A stretch of DNA of 62,000 bases from Lama guanicoe (taxonomy: Eukaryota): contig MU053652.1 in the NCBI GenBank assembly GCA_013239625.1, positions 1,240,001 to 1,302,000 of the forward strand, read 5' to 3'. How positions within the stretch are numbered: position 1 is the stretch's first letter; every line of letters starts with the position of its first letter. The position numbers were made by a program, and so were the translations under genes. The notes under the pieces are model-generated. The model was not told the origin of the DNA. It worked only from the letters and a program-made list of their open reading frames with translations, and searched no databases. Shown piece by piece: positions 36,000-48,999 of the stretch.

Positions 36000-38239
36000 G
36001 ATCTGGAATTCATATTATTCCCCCCTCTCTCAAGATGGAATTAAGAGGGGAAAGCGGTGGGTGTTCAGTATGACCATTGTTGATGAACATCTCAGTTGCC
36101 TGGGTATCAAAGATGCTAGTTGATAATTTGGGGAATGGGGACACACTTTTCCTTCTCTCCTAGTTATCATGATGGCATACTAGTTTGTCAGATTGCCACT
36201 TTGTCCCTGTGGAGGTTTGTAAGGCCTAAAGATTCTAACCAAACAGGGCAGTTTCATTTTGGGAGGTCTTAGCTTGTGGACTGTAGGAAGTGTCTCCATT
36301 TCAGTAACTTAGAAATGAGGGAGAAATAGTTGTCTTAGAAAGTTCAGAACATTCTCTGAGTGACTTAAGAACAAGACTTGCCTGTCACTGATTGAATATA
36401 TTAACACATCTAAAGAAAGAATATGTCAGTCTTGAGTTTTTTCAGTCTTTAAAGTTTTAAAAAGATTATTTAATATCATGGGACTTGTTTACAGTATGAT
36501 GTTTAGTGGAATAAAAATCAGCATGCTCTTTAATATCTATATATTTGCACAGGCATAAAGCTTGGTGAGGATTATGTTTTTTTCTTTATATTTTTCCTTA
36601 TATTTTAAAAAATATTTTCTGTGTTTACCTGATTCTCTCAAGTGATATAGGTATTAACTTATATATAGCTAAAAAAAGAAAGGACGCCTTCAGTCATTAT
36701 TGTTTTAGAGTCTTATATAGAGAAGGAAAGGAAAGATTCAAAACGACAAGCAACTACTGCGTCTGTCCCACCCCAGCCCTGATCTAACAATTGTCTGACC
36801 TTGGTAGATGTCTGCCTCTTGTGCAGATCCATATAGTAAGCTTAGTGTCATGCTAGCATACTTTCAGGTCATAGAGCTCATCAAATAACCTCTGATTATG
36901 ATTTGGGTTTCCACATAGATGTCCTAGAGAAAGCACATGTCTTGGCCAGAAGTCCTACATGCCTTTTCTTGACAGGTGAAGTTCTTATTTTAAAGTGATG
37001 ATTTGGTCTTCTTGTTGATTTGTAAGTTTCTATAAACTTCCAAGCCTACAGGCAAACTAGGCTTCTAAATGTTTACCAAAGTAATTAATTCCTCACTGGG
37101 GCTTTTTGAGAGGTGGCTCCAAGCCATTTTCAGTAACAGTCCTTGTGCCTCGTGCCAGATTGGGCCTCCCTTCTCCAAAACATCAGGGAATAACAGGAAT
37201 TGGGAAGCACGTGCTCATGAGGGAGGGCACGTCCATGATGTGAGAGGCTCACAGTCAGAGGGGTGCGGCCCTTCTTAGTTTTGCCCAGAGCCTGCTGCTT
37301 GGGCTCAAGCTCCTTTCTCTCTCCTTTCTTAGAGGCCAGTCAGCATTAGTGCAGATGGTAACGAAGTAATGTTGCATGATCACTGTACTTCTTGGTAGAA
37401 CTTGAAGAGATGGTGGCAATCACCTACCTAACCTCCACCTCCTCCTTGTGAAGAAAGAGGCTCAGGGCTCTTAAGGATAGAGTGACAGGGTGAGGACCAG
37501 CCCTGTGAAGTCTCTAGGGTATTTTTCATCTTCAGTGGTGAGTTCCAGATAGGCTCCCAGGATTGCAGGCCAGAGGACAGGAAGGCCAGGGATCTTTCCA
37601 CAGTTTGGGCTGGCTTGGGATTAGAAGTGCTGTGGAGGATGGGCAGCCTCCCTGCTGTGTAAGCTGGGCACACAGGGCATTTGGGACAGATGGCTCTTTA
37701 GCAGAGTGATGTGGATGCGTGTTGATCTTTGTCTAGCATGCCTTTTCTGTAATCTCCTTTATACGTTGCCATTTTCTCAGCTGCCCTTTCTACCACGTAC
37801 CTGTCTCCTTGTCTCAGAGCCTTAACTAGTTGGGCAAAGATTAATGTTACAACTTCCTAGGCAGTGAAACTGGTGGCTATACCATAATTTTTCTTAAATA
37901 ATGGCAGAAAGGCCCATATTATTAATCCATTATCTTCAAGGCCACTGCTATGACTACGGAGGTAGTTTGTAAATGCCCCTGACTTCTCTCTGGTCTTACT
38001 TTGAAACAAGGAGGCGGAAATATGGTCATTGAATACAGTGAATAATGATCATTGATGGACCTCTCTTTTTATGAGTATAATGAGCTTATATTGTACTTAT
38101 GTGAAGTTATAACAGAGCTCTTATAATTTAAAACATAGCTTGCCCATCATAACCAATGCCTGTTAATTTAGCAACAGTGAACTTTTTCTTTTTCCTTTTC
38201 TCTCATATGTATATCTGTGTGCGTATGTATTTCATTTGT

Positions 38240-38370
38240 ATTTATATTGAAGAATTACTTATTTAGAACTTACTATATGCTAGGCACTGTGGTCTGTATG
38301 CTGAGGACACATCAAAACATCAGCGAAAAAAATCCCTGCCCTTAATGGGGTTTACATTTAGTAGGAGGAA
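38240..38370 (-). mobile_element. L2 3' end
   Basis: acttactatatgctaggcactgtg..gctgaggacaca..aaatccctgcccttaatggggtttacatttagtagg. Confidence 0.75.
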
Positions 38371-38603
38371 TTGGCATATATTACGCTTAGCACTGATTGC
38401 TCTAAATCAAGCTCTTGATCTTTTTTTTTACATGTGTATGTGCTGCATTATACCTACAGAGTACTTTATAACTCTTCAGTGCATTTTTACTTTTATATTT
38501 GAGTTTGAACATTTTTGATAATTGTGTCAGATGACAGTTTTTGAAAATAGTCTTTAAAACTGCATAACGTCATTCAAATGTTAGGTTTAACATTAGATAA
38601 ATC

Positions 38604-38858
38604 TGTATTAGGGTTCTCTGTTCTCCAGAGAAACAGAACCAATAGGGATGTGCGTGCGTGTGTGTGTGTGTGTGTACATATTTATACGTATGTACATATA
38701 TACACATAAAGATGGATTTATTTTAAGGAATCGGCTCATGGGATCGTGAGGGCTGGCAAATAAAAATCTTCAGGGCAGGGCTGCCGTTTGGAGACCCAGC
38801 GAAGAGTTGATGTGGCAGTCTGGAGGCAGAAATCCTTCCTCTTTGGGGGGCCTCAGTC
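38604..38858 (-). mobile_element. MLT2-type (ERVL) LTR, partial, with internal (TG)n/(TA)n
   Basis: tgtattagggttctc..cagagaaacagaaccaatagg..gatttattttaaggaatcggctcatg..ggagacccagcgaagagttgatg. Confidence 0.88.
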
Positions 38859-39681
38859 GTTTAAGAACTGTTGCTGCTTTTACAGTTTTTCAGGGCAGGA
38901 TTTTGTGGCATGTTGGAAGCCATGCCTTGTGAGCAATTGGGTCTACAGCTATGGATTTGTCTGGTCTCTGAGCATGGTAGCATCCTTTTTTCATTGAGAT
39001 GCCAGAGGGGGCACAGGTGAGGGCTGAAGTGGCCTGATGTTGAAACTGTACTTGCTCTCATCTCTCAAGCGCTTCTCAATAATTCATCTCTGGGTGATGT
39101 CCTCACCATGTCCTCTGACCCTATCTCTGCCAAGATACGGCTCTGGCCATCTCCTGTATGTTCTAAACTGTGGAGTCAGTGAAACGTGCTAGTATCATGA
39201 CCATAATCTTCCTCTTGAAAAAGCAGAACTGTGCAATACGACATAGGTGGTGTAATACTGCATCCCCTAATTCATAAGGTGAATAGCAACGTGTGGTTAT
39301 TAACCCCTTGGTTTTGTGCACATTCCTGTGCCAGGTGCTGTGTCAGGAGCCAGGAAACACAAGATAGTTCTTGCTCTCAGGAAGCTTACAGTGGCCATAG
39401 TAGAGACTGCCACTTAAGAAATAAAGTAGTTAGGCTGGCAAGAGCTTCCGGAGCAGACAACACCTGTGCCCTGCTGCTTTCACCCTCCTCATGTGGTTCT
39501 TCTACCTGGAGTGTCATCATTTACTTTTCCACCCACCTCTTAGCCCCGCTTTTAAATTTTGCCTTTTATTTCAGAGCCCAGCATAAATGCCTTCTGTGTA
39601 AAGCCTTCCTGATTTTCTGATTCGGAAATGATCACAACCTTTACATATTTCTAAAACCTTTGTTCACAACTCTTTTATGAC

Positions 39682-39806
39682 TAGGGTGACCCTATAATTT
39701 ATCATCCAAGCAGGGAAGGTGAAAGGAGGCACTAGTAATTAATTGTATCACAGCAGCACACATAAACTGGGACACTCCAGGGAAACCAGGATGTGTGGTC
39801 ACTCTA
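39682..39806 (+). mobile_element. MER94-like (hAT-Blackjack) MITE
   Basis: Terminal inverted repeats tagggtgacc / ggtcactcta, internal tataatttatcatccaa and taaactgggac. Degenerate 8-bp TSD tttatgac / gttatgat. Confidence 0.85.
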
Positions 39807-42800
39807 GTTATGATCTTTGCACCCTGTTTGAGTAAAGTATGATCTGGCCAAGTGTGGGTTCATCTCCTACACTTTTAGAGTATGAATTCCATTGTAGAAA
39901 TGGGAGAGGCATAAAAGAACTATGTCACTTAAGCTTGCATTTCCACACAGAGATTTACACTGTGAACTCAGTAACGCTTACTGAATATTCCATTTATATG
40001 CTGTCCACAGTAGGTATCACAAGTTGAGCAGGCCTGCTGGAACGTCCTGGATAACTGTCAGAAGACCATCAGTGTGTATAGGTAGAGCTAGGGCCAGCTG
40101 TGAAGGGGTTCCTTTGCCCAAATCTTGGTACAATGGCATTTGGGTTCATTCAGGGCTGCTGTGGTTAACCAAATGACAAGGCTGTTCTACTAGGTGGAAC
40201 ACGACCCTGGGGAGTCCCCGAGGAGCAGTCGGGAAGGTAGTAGAGCTGTGGTTCCCGAGAGATCCATCGAAGTGGACAGAGGAGCCTAGCTGAGGCAGGC
40301 AGGTGACAGGGCTTGTTCCCACGTGCTGTGGTTGGTATCTTCAGAGTCTTCATTAAACCTGACTACCTCCTGGCAATGTATTAAACTGAAAGCATTTGAT
40401 AAGGTTATAATCAAGCTGCTAAAAGGTACATAGAGTAGAGGACTCTATAAGGTTCTTTTACAGACTGAATGTCGCTGACAGATTTCCTTGATGGACTCCA
40501 GATGACACTAGTTCATGGGCTTTTATATACAAATGAAGCACTTATCATTTAAACAGTCCTTTTCACTGGCCTGAGTAGGCAGCTATTGGTAGAATGAAGT
40601 GACGTATTGAATATAATATTGAGTTTATTACCACGTGGTTCTAAAATAAATAAATGATGGATACATTGACTTCTACTTTATAGATGGCTTTAAGAGACCT
40701 CTTTAGAACACTTCAAAGTTCTCTTTAAAGGCGTAGTATTTTACTGCTGTCTCCCTTGTTATCATTATTCTTTAGTGCCTAGGTACCAATTCCTATTGAA
40801 AAGGTGGACACTTAGAATCTTTTTGTGGGTAATGAGCATTTGGTTTTACTGCAGCCTGTAATTTGGACTTCAGTGGCAAATTGTTAGTACAAACTTTTGA
40901 GCCTAGGGTATTATAACACTTTTTGTCAGACACCTGTGCTCAGCAAACTATATGGCACAAGTTTATTGTATTTTCTATGAAAGTGAACTTCTCATCCATC
41001 CATTTAGGACTGTCTTGAGTGCTTTCCTTTCTATAGTTAAAAATCCCTTAGGCTTGCTGTTACCTTCCTGGACAGGATTGTTTGTTGTGTAATTCTTTGC
41101 TACACTTACTGTTCTTCACTTGCTCTTGTAAAGTCTGTAGATGACTCTTAATGCTGTGAGTTTTGCGCCAACCTCCTTTCCCCTGTCAGCTGTGAGTATG
41201 GCTGCATAACGAAGAGCTGTGATCCTGGAATGGAGATTCCCAAGCCTGCTGGCCACCAGAGTCCCCTGTCAATACAAATGCCTCAAGGAACTTGGACTTA
41301 CAGGGTGGGACCTGGCATGTGTGTTTTTAAAATACATGATTCTGTTGCTCAGCCCTCGTTGTTACCAGCTGATGGAGGGCATGCGCAGAGTAAGGGGTCC
41401 TCCTCCTCTTGCTGGTGCTCCACGGCCTGTGGTTGGAGCAGCTTTGGTGTAAGCCCAGTAATAGTAAGGCTGTTCATTGGTGTGCCAAGGCCTCGGCACC
41501 TGAACGTGTATTCACTCTTCCTCCATGTTATATGATTACAAAATCTGTATTAAACATGCTATGCAGCGGTCATAATCTTCGTTTTTGTTAGGATTCACAG
41601 AAGCTGTCCCCCTTATACTTTCTTGTCTCTCCCCTTAGTGCCACTTCGTTTTTATTTGGTCTTTGAGAAAAGAGCCGTGGCTTTAGGGATAGAAGACCTC
41701 ACTTCTGCGCTCTTCAACTGATGAGCTTTTGCTGTTCAGCCAGTCACCTCACTTTTATTTCCTCACGCCCAAAACCAACGTGATATTTTCTTTATAGCTT
41801 TCTTAGTAGGATCCAGTCAGCTAATGTGTACACTGTCCCTTTGTGAAAATGTAACGCTATAGTTTTTGGGACACTGGATCAGTGTTTTTCCTCAAAGCAG
41901 ATCATCAAAAAATATTCCAAACATGTTGAAGACAGAAGATTCCTGTGACGTGTTTCCATCACCTCTTTCTAAATTCTTTCCCCCTCTGTGCACCCTCCTG
42001 TGAGGCTGGGACTTCTACCCCTTGATTCATTCCTAGGAAACAGGACTGACTTCCCCCGCAGTTAGTGTCTCGTGTTGGAGAACCACCAGTCAGTAAGCAT
42101 GTGGAACTTTCTCCTTGGCTTTTTCAACTGCTTAATTCCCATCACGTTGTTAAAATAATATTTCACTAATTCTGATTTTCCTAATTATCATGCAGATAAA
42201 CAGTGGGGATCATGACATTAGAATAAGTGAGTGGCTTATGATTTTTGCCTCAGAAAGAGAAACTCTTGCTGTTTTTCTTCCCCCTTGAGCAACGCAGCAG
42301 TAATAAATGAGCAAGTCCAGAGGACTTTATGATAGATAGTTAATGGTGCTGTGCCTCAGCCAACAGGCCTGTTTCCATAGCATCTGTCACAATTCAGAGC
42401 CATTAGCATACCTTTAATGGTTTCTTTTCAAAATAATTTCTACTAGGGCATTTAGAATGCATCAAGGAAAAATATTGAGTTGTAGGGATGAGGAATTTTA
42501 AATGTAGACAAATGGTGTTCATTCTCTCAGATGTAATTTTGATAAAATTGAGAAACCACATAGCAGTATACTACACACTATAACACAGTTGACAGTATTT
42601 CATCTACTACCTGGGAATTATTTTTTTAGGCATTTTAGGTGCATTATTTAAAAAAAAACTCATTTAATAGAATCTTATTAGAAGAAACTGTAGAGTTTCT
42701 TAGCACCATTAACCCCACAACAGGCCTTCTCTTGGTGTGTGTTTGGCGTGTCCATTGGTTGTCTTTCACACTCTGTTTTATGATCAATCATGGAGTCAAT

Positions 42801-43714
42801 GGTTTTCTCATTTTAGAAGATGAGAAATGTTTTGTCAGGTATAAGTCATTTTTATGTAATACTGGCAAATACTAGGCTTGTTATTTATTTAGTTGTGAGG
42901 CGGAAATCTTCAGAGAAGCAAATTAAGGCATCTTTTTCCCGAAATGTCAAGGTTACGTGAGAGGAGATCTTTATTAGATTTTAAAATATGAATGCATTTA
43001 CAATGACATGTTAAAAAAACAAAATTACTTTCTTTACTTTTTAAACGTGAGTGCCAGTGTATATTTCAGCATGTGTACATAGCTATTTGAATATTAGTTC
43101 CTTACATTTATAAAGGAGCCTCTTTTTTCAGATCTTTTTTTTTTCATACTTTTTAAAAGTTTTTTTTTTAAAGTATTTTTTCATACTTAAATGTTTATAC
43201 AGCTGACCATTGGAAGGGCCAGGGCTTCTGACTTGTGCCTGTCTTTTAACCTCTTTTACCGAATGTTGTTTTAGCTATTCTGTACTCTGGAATGGTTTGT
43301 GTAGCCTCACCAGTATTAACATTTCCACCCAACACTTCTAACACCTTTTTGGGGAAACTCTTTTTTATTTCAGTATCCTTTTCTTGGTGCTTAAGAATCA
43401 AATAGTTTAATTTTTAAAAATCTTAAGACATGTCTGAATAACTCTAGGATCAGAGGGTTTTTTTTTAATACGGTTGAAACATTGATACTCTATGAGGTTA
43501 TTCATTGTTACAGATTTTAAAAAATTGAGCCATTTAAAATTTAGAGTCAGTTCACTGAATTGTGGAAGGATATTATCCATTTCTAGAGGACATTTCAATA
43601 TTTTTGCATTCTGTAACAATGACTGTCATACTACTAAATATAAGCTCATTAAAAGATGGAAGTTGTAATTTTAAACTTTCTTTTTTGGTATTTGTTTATG
43701 ATTAGTCCTTATCC

Positions 43715-43945
43715 ATAGGGTCCAAGAAAGCTTATTTTCACATCCTTGTTCCAAACAGCAGGACAGAGTCGAGGGGAAGTAGGGATGTATCCCTTCTCTT
43801 TTAGAACGAGCCATGGAAGGTGCACTTAATCACTTTCCCTCACATTCTGTTGACCAGAGCATAGTTAACTGTGCACACCCAGCATCAAGGGAAGGTAGGA
43901 AATGTCCTTTTCTCCCCCTAGGATGATAATGAGCCCTACTAAAAT
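43715..43945 (-). mobile_element. MLT1J/K-like LTR fragment
   Basis: cactttccctcacattctgttgaccagagcatagt..cacacccagcatcaagggaaggtaggaaatgt. Confidence 0.65.
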
Positions 43946-44619
43946 AAACATCAGAAGCTTTATTTCAGATACCTCCTCATAACATCCATCTCACCTTTAT
44001 AAGTCTGCCAGATTGCATGGTCTTTGTTAGCTTTCTGATGCAAAGCCAATTTAGAAAGTATTTAGATATTTAACATTTCTTGACAACTGTTCTACAATTA
44101 TAAATCATATTGACTTTTTGATTACATAAATTCATTTGAAAACAGCGAATACTATTCTTTTCCTGATTTGTGGTGATAAAAAGTTGTCAATAAAATTTAG
44201 AATCTTTAAATAAGTTTTGAAAAGGGGTGATGGACCAAATGGAATTTTAATTACTTGATTTCAGTACATTTCTCTTTCATTTGCATCTTTCAAGAGAAAA
44301 GTGAAAAGCAATATTATCCTTGAGAAATTCTCTGTTAGCATCTAAGCAGCCGTTTTTAATTACAGAAAATGTCTTCAAAATCTGTTTTGTCATTTTAAAG
44401 TTTTAGCTGAGAGAAAGTCAATTGTCAGTTGTGTAATGGAGGAAAAAAGTCTTACACTGAAAAGCTATTTGTATATTACGTTGAGTAGACAGAGACGTTA
44501 TTTGAATATTAGTGGCTGGTTTTCCATAGAAAATTTTTCTCCTTGAATTTGGTATCATTATTGGTCACGTAAACACAAGAGTCTCCACTGTGAACCAATT
44601 CATGCCTGCAGAAACATGC

Positions 44620-45040
44620 CTATAATTTAATGAGAACTGTTCAAAAATAAACCAAAATCATGCATGAAGTTCTTCCTTCTAAAGGAATGAATTCTTTGGG
44701 AAGCCACTGGGTTTATTCTACTAGAACTGCCCTTTTTCACATCTCTCTGCCCCTCTCTCGCTCTCTCCCTCTTCTCTCTCTTTCCTCCCCTAATCTTCTT
44801 TTCTTTCTTTCAAGAATTGTCTTAAAAAGGACATTTCTTTGAATGTCCTCCAAGGTGATAAATCTTCATCAGCTGGGAATAGATTTGGCTTTTGGAAACA
44901 GCCAGAGAAGTCATTTGGAGTCAAGGCTGTTAGGCGATGAACCTGTAATAACATTTTCAGTTAGGCACAAGGAGTAACTGTAAAGTAGACTGATTTTCTT
45001 GATCTTTTGGAAGGCTAAGAGGGAAGTTCCAAAATAGAAA
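44620..45040. mobile_element. MARNA-like (TcMar-Mariner) relic with CT-rich interruption
   Basis: gatttggcttttggaaacagccagagaagtcatttggagtcaag..ctgtaaagtagactgattttctt..gaagttccaaaa. Confidence 0.6.
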
Positions 45041-45920
45041 CTCTCAGTCTGATGTGTATGTTTGTTAAAAACAAGTCTTATTACTTGATGATGTTACAAA
45101 ATTTATGTATTATTTACTTACTCACTTGTTTTTGTATTTGCACCTACCTCTTTTTCCCAGTGGCTGTGTTTGTGACTGCCTCTAGGATCATTGTCACATT
45201 TTTATTTTATGATGATAGTCCTTTTGGAGTTTTCACTTATATCTTTATATCATATTTGAAATATAATAATTAAACTGACATACAGGAGGAAATAAAATTT
45301 TACTCAGTGTTTAATTATGTAAATTGGCTACCTGATTTTTTTCTTTTGGAGTTTAACATTTGAAAATGAGCAGCAAAGTTTTTATACTTACCTTAAATGT
45401 AATCATCATGTACATCCATATTATCAAATGCAATGATATTATAGTATTATCAAATAGGTGGTATATTTATTGTACTCTCTCTCAACTTACATTGCTTGGA
45501 AAGTATAACTTTCAAAAATGAAGTGTTCAGCTATTACACTAAACATTTGAGACTTTCTATATCTGTTAATATAAAACTTAATGATACTTATTAAACTTAA
45601 AAATATCTGTGGTTCTCTTTTCTTTATTTGTTTTGAACTTGAGCAGTATCTCATCCTTCAAGGCTATAATTTAGAAAATTTCTATTTTACATTCTTACTA
45701 CCGTTAGAGTTTTTGGTTTTTTTCCCTGAACTTCATGTGTAAAGTTTGAAAAGAAAGTGAAGATGCTGTTGAATTGGCTTTGGCGGGCAGGCAGGTAGGA
45801 AGTAAGGAAGGAAGGAAAATAAATTAGTACAAAAGCCAAAAAGGTATGCTTAGATATTAAGATAAAAGTAACTTTTGTTTCTGGAATTTCGTGCTGCATG
45901 ATTTATTTCAATTAATTTTT

Positions 45921-46272
45921 TTTGTTTATATATATATTTTTATTGAAGTATAGTCAGTTTACAATGTTGTGTCAATTTCTGGTGTATAGCCTAATGCTTC
46001 AGTCGTACATGAACGTACATATATTTGTTTTCATTTTCTTTTTCACCCTAAGTTACTACAAGATACTGAATATAGTTCCCTGTGCTATACAGTATAATCT
46101 TGTTGTTTATTGGGTTTTGTGAGAATTTTCCTGTATTTTGAAGTGAGAGGCACTGCTAGAGTTGAGTAGGTGTTCTTTGTGAGTCAATGGGTTTGTAGAT
46201 GTAATTCTTGATGTATTAGTGGGAGAGAGTGAGCTATGAGTCTCTCTACTCCACCATCTTAGCCCCTTCCTC
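45921..46272 (-). mobile_element. Bipartite L1-derived element: L1 5'UTR start (46111-46272) fused to L1 3'UTR end and A-tail (45921-46110)
   Basis: The reverse strand starts GAGGAAGGGGCTAAGATGGTGGAGTAG (L1 5' terminus with YY1-type motif) and ends ATAAACAACAAG..CTGTATAGCACAGGGAAC..CTATACTTCAATAAAAA. Perfect 13-bp TSD tcaattaattttt (45908-45920 / 46273-46285). Confidence 0.85.
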
Positions 46273-46521
46273 TCAATTAATTTTTGATTAAGACAATTAT
46301 GCTTTTGACTATTGTAACACATAAAAAGTTCAAAGCACTCATTGTAGTGATTAGCCATACATGTAAGAAAGCTGTTTTACTGGAATATTCTTTTGTCTGC
46401 TTACTTTAAAAAAGCGTGCTTTATTTTACATAAAAAGCAACAATCTTCATTAGATTTTCTAATATTTTAACAGAATGGTCTGTCTTGTAAATAAATACTC
46501 ATTAGATCATGTCTGAGATTT

Positions 46522-46974
46522 TTTTTAACATTTTTTATTGATTTATAATCATTTTACAATGGTGTGTCAAATTCCAGTGTTCAGCACAATTTTTCAGTCA
46601 TTCATGGACATATACACACTCATTGTCACATTTTTTTCTCTGTGATTTATCATAACATTTTGTGTATATTTCCCTGTGCTATACAGTGTAATCTTGTTTA
46701 TCTATTCTACAATTTTGAAATCCCAGTCTATCCCTTCCCACCTTCTACCCCCCTGGTAACCACAAGTCTGTATTCTCTGTCTGTGAGTCTATTTCTGTCC
46801 TGTATTTATGCTTTGTTTTTGTTTGTTTGTTTGTTTTTGTTTTTTAGATTCCACATATGAGCGATCTCATATGGTATTTTTCTTTCTCTTTCTGGCTTAC
46901 TTCACTTAGAATGACATTCTCCAGGAGCATCCATGTTGCTGCAAATGGCATTATGTTGTCGGTTTTTATGGCTG
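46522..46974 (-). mobile_element. Young camelid-type L1, 5'-truncated
   Basis: L1 3' end hallmarks (ttccctgtgctatacagt, tagattccacatatgagcgat, ttacttcacttagaatgaca, catccatgttgctgcaaatggc). Perfect 18-bp TSD agatcatgtctgagattt (46504-46521 / 46975-46992). Confidence 0.95.
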
Positions 46975-48619
46975 AGATCATGTCTGAGATTTATGATTGG
47001 CAAAAAAGAACGCTGATTCGTGTACACTTTTTGGTAGACTAGACAACTGATAAAACTTGGTGGCTTGGGAAAAGTTTTAGGGTGATATAAAAGTTACTGT
47101 GGGTTTGGATATTAAAAAACAAACAAAAGAAAATATAAAATTTAGATATTCTCATTAAACACATTATAATGATAGTTTGTTCATTTATTCATTTACCCAT
47201 TCATTTGATAAGATGTATATGTATCAGGCTATAGTCAGTAATAGAGATGGAAGTTTGTATTAAAATAGAATTCTGTCACTTTGGAACTCAGTCTGATATA
47301 TACCAGTTTTCACTCTGCATGTAAATTTATAAAATAGGAAAGTGAGACTAATCATTTTTGGATGAAAATTCCTGGGGTTAACTCTCAGTGAGCAGTAACA
47401 AAAGATGATTTAATATTTGTCATTTGAGTGAAGCCCCAAATGACATGAGGGTCCAATTTCAACTCAGTTTAGCCTCTCAGCCAAATTGAGCAAGGTCACA
47501 AGAAGAGTTCTAAGTGATATTCCAGACCTAGGCTTTTGGAATGGACTGATTTTTATTATTCACGTATTTAATAAGTGCCTACTCTGTGCCAGGCACTATT
47601 TTTCACCAAATCAGTTACATTCAGAGGTATTGAGATATCTTGAATTTCTCATTGTTCTTTTCCAAAATAGGGGGGAGAAAAAGACTGATTAAACGTTTTA
47701 GTTAAATTATTCCCCTATGATTAGCTGAGCATATCTTATCAAGACCAAATGTAGTCATCATCAGCCTGATTTTATTTTTAAATGTTGGAATAGTAATGTG
47801 TCTAGTTTTTATTCAGTTTATATTTATTAAATGGATATTTGGACAGTGTGTGCATGCAGATGGTTCTGTTTATCATTTTCCGTAAAAATGTTTATGTGAC
47901 CTTTGTAAATCTGCCCTCTGAAGATTATGCCTCTTAGAATCTCCAGTGTTTATTAGTATAATTGTTAACTGGTGTTTCTTGGTGTAGACTGTGGTTCTGT
48001 TTTCTTATATTCAGAAAATCTTACACACTTTTTGGGTGCCTAGTGCCAGTGGTCTGTATTTTAGTTGATCTTCAGTGTTTATGTAAGTAGATAAGTTTGT
48101 GTTTTTTAATAGTTCTTTTAAAACAAAATTTTAGTAATGCAAGTTGAGTTTGCTTAAATGAGTGTTAAACAAATGATGGCTCATTACTCTTCATATTAAT
48201 GTTATCTTCCAGCTTTTGCATGTTCTTTCTTTTGGTCTTTCCCCTTTTCTTGCTTCCTGTATATCACTTTTAATGGTCAAGAAGTTTGGGATCATTTAAT
48301 CACACAGAAATTCTTATAACTTTTAGTAGAAAATAGGAATTCATTTTGATGCTTGGTAATCCACTGGTGTGTGCATGTGTGTAGAGATATGTGTATAAAA
48401 GGTACACATAGTATTGAAGACATTTAATCTATTGTGCTGTATTCCTTGACCACTGAAAATAGAGTTCTGGAGTACCAAGCCTTATTTAAAAGTAATATTT
48501 CAGGTTAGTTTTGCATTTTGCATGTATTTAATTAATCATTTTCGTTTTAAGATGAGCACTGTTTTAAGGTGAATCTTTTTAAAAGTTGATTTAAAAAAAG
48601 AAAAGAAAACCCAAGAAGC

Positions 48620-48860
48620 AATCATGATTTTTAACAGTGCTTTAAAAGAAGCATTCCTGTTAAAGTCAGGAACAGAGTGGGATGTCCGTTATTTATATCA
48701 TACTGGAGGTTCTAACGCTATAGGATAAGAGAGAAAAATGGAAGAGAAAACATAGAAAGGAGGAGGTAAAATTTCCATTATTTGCAGACTGGGTACCTGG
48801 AAAAGCAAGAAAATCAACTGGCAAATTTTTACAAGCTTAGAGAATTCAGTTACTAACTGC
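48620..48860 (+). mobile_element. Ancient L1 ORF2 reverse-transcriptase relic
   Basis: gaagcattcctgttaaagtcaggaacag..ggatgtcc..tactggaggttcta..ccattatttgcaga (decayed SGTRQGCP / LFADD region). Confidence 0.75.
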
Positions 48861-48999
48861 CTGTGAAGTCAATGAAGAAGCTCTTTATGTACTGATAAAG
48901 AATGAGAGCAACGAAAAAGTCCACAGTAATTTTCCATTTTGGAAAGACAGTCATGTAACATACAGATGATTATATTAAAATGAAACAAAAATACATTTG

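Noticed and set aside
36796..47498. Scattered ERR/nuclear receptor half-sites (TGACCTTG at 36796, CAAGGTCA at 47491)
   Set aside because: Isolated 8-mers are expected by chance in 62 kb and are not clustered.
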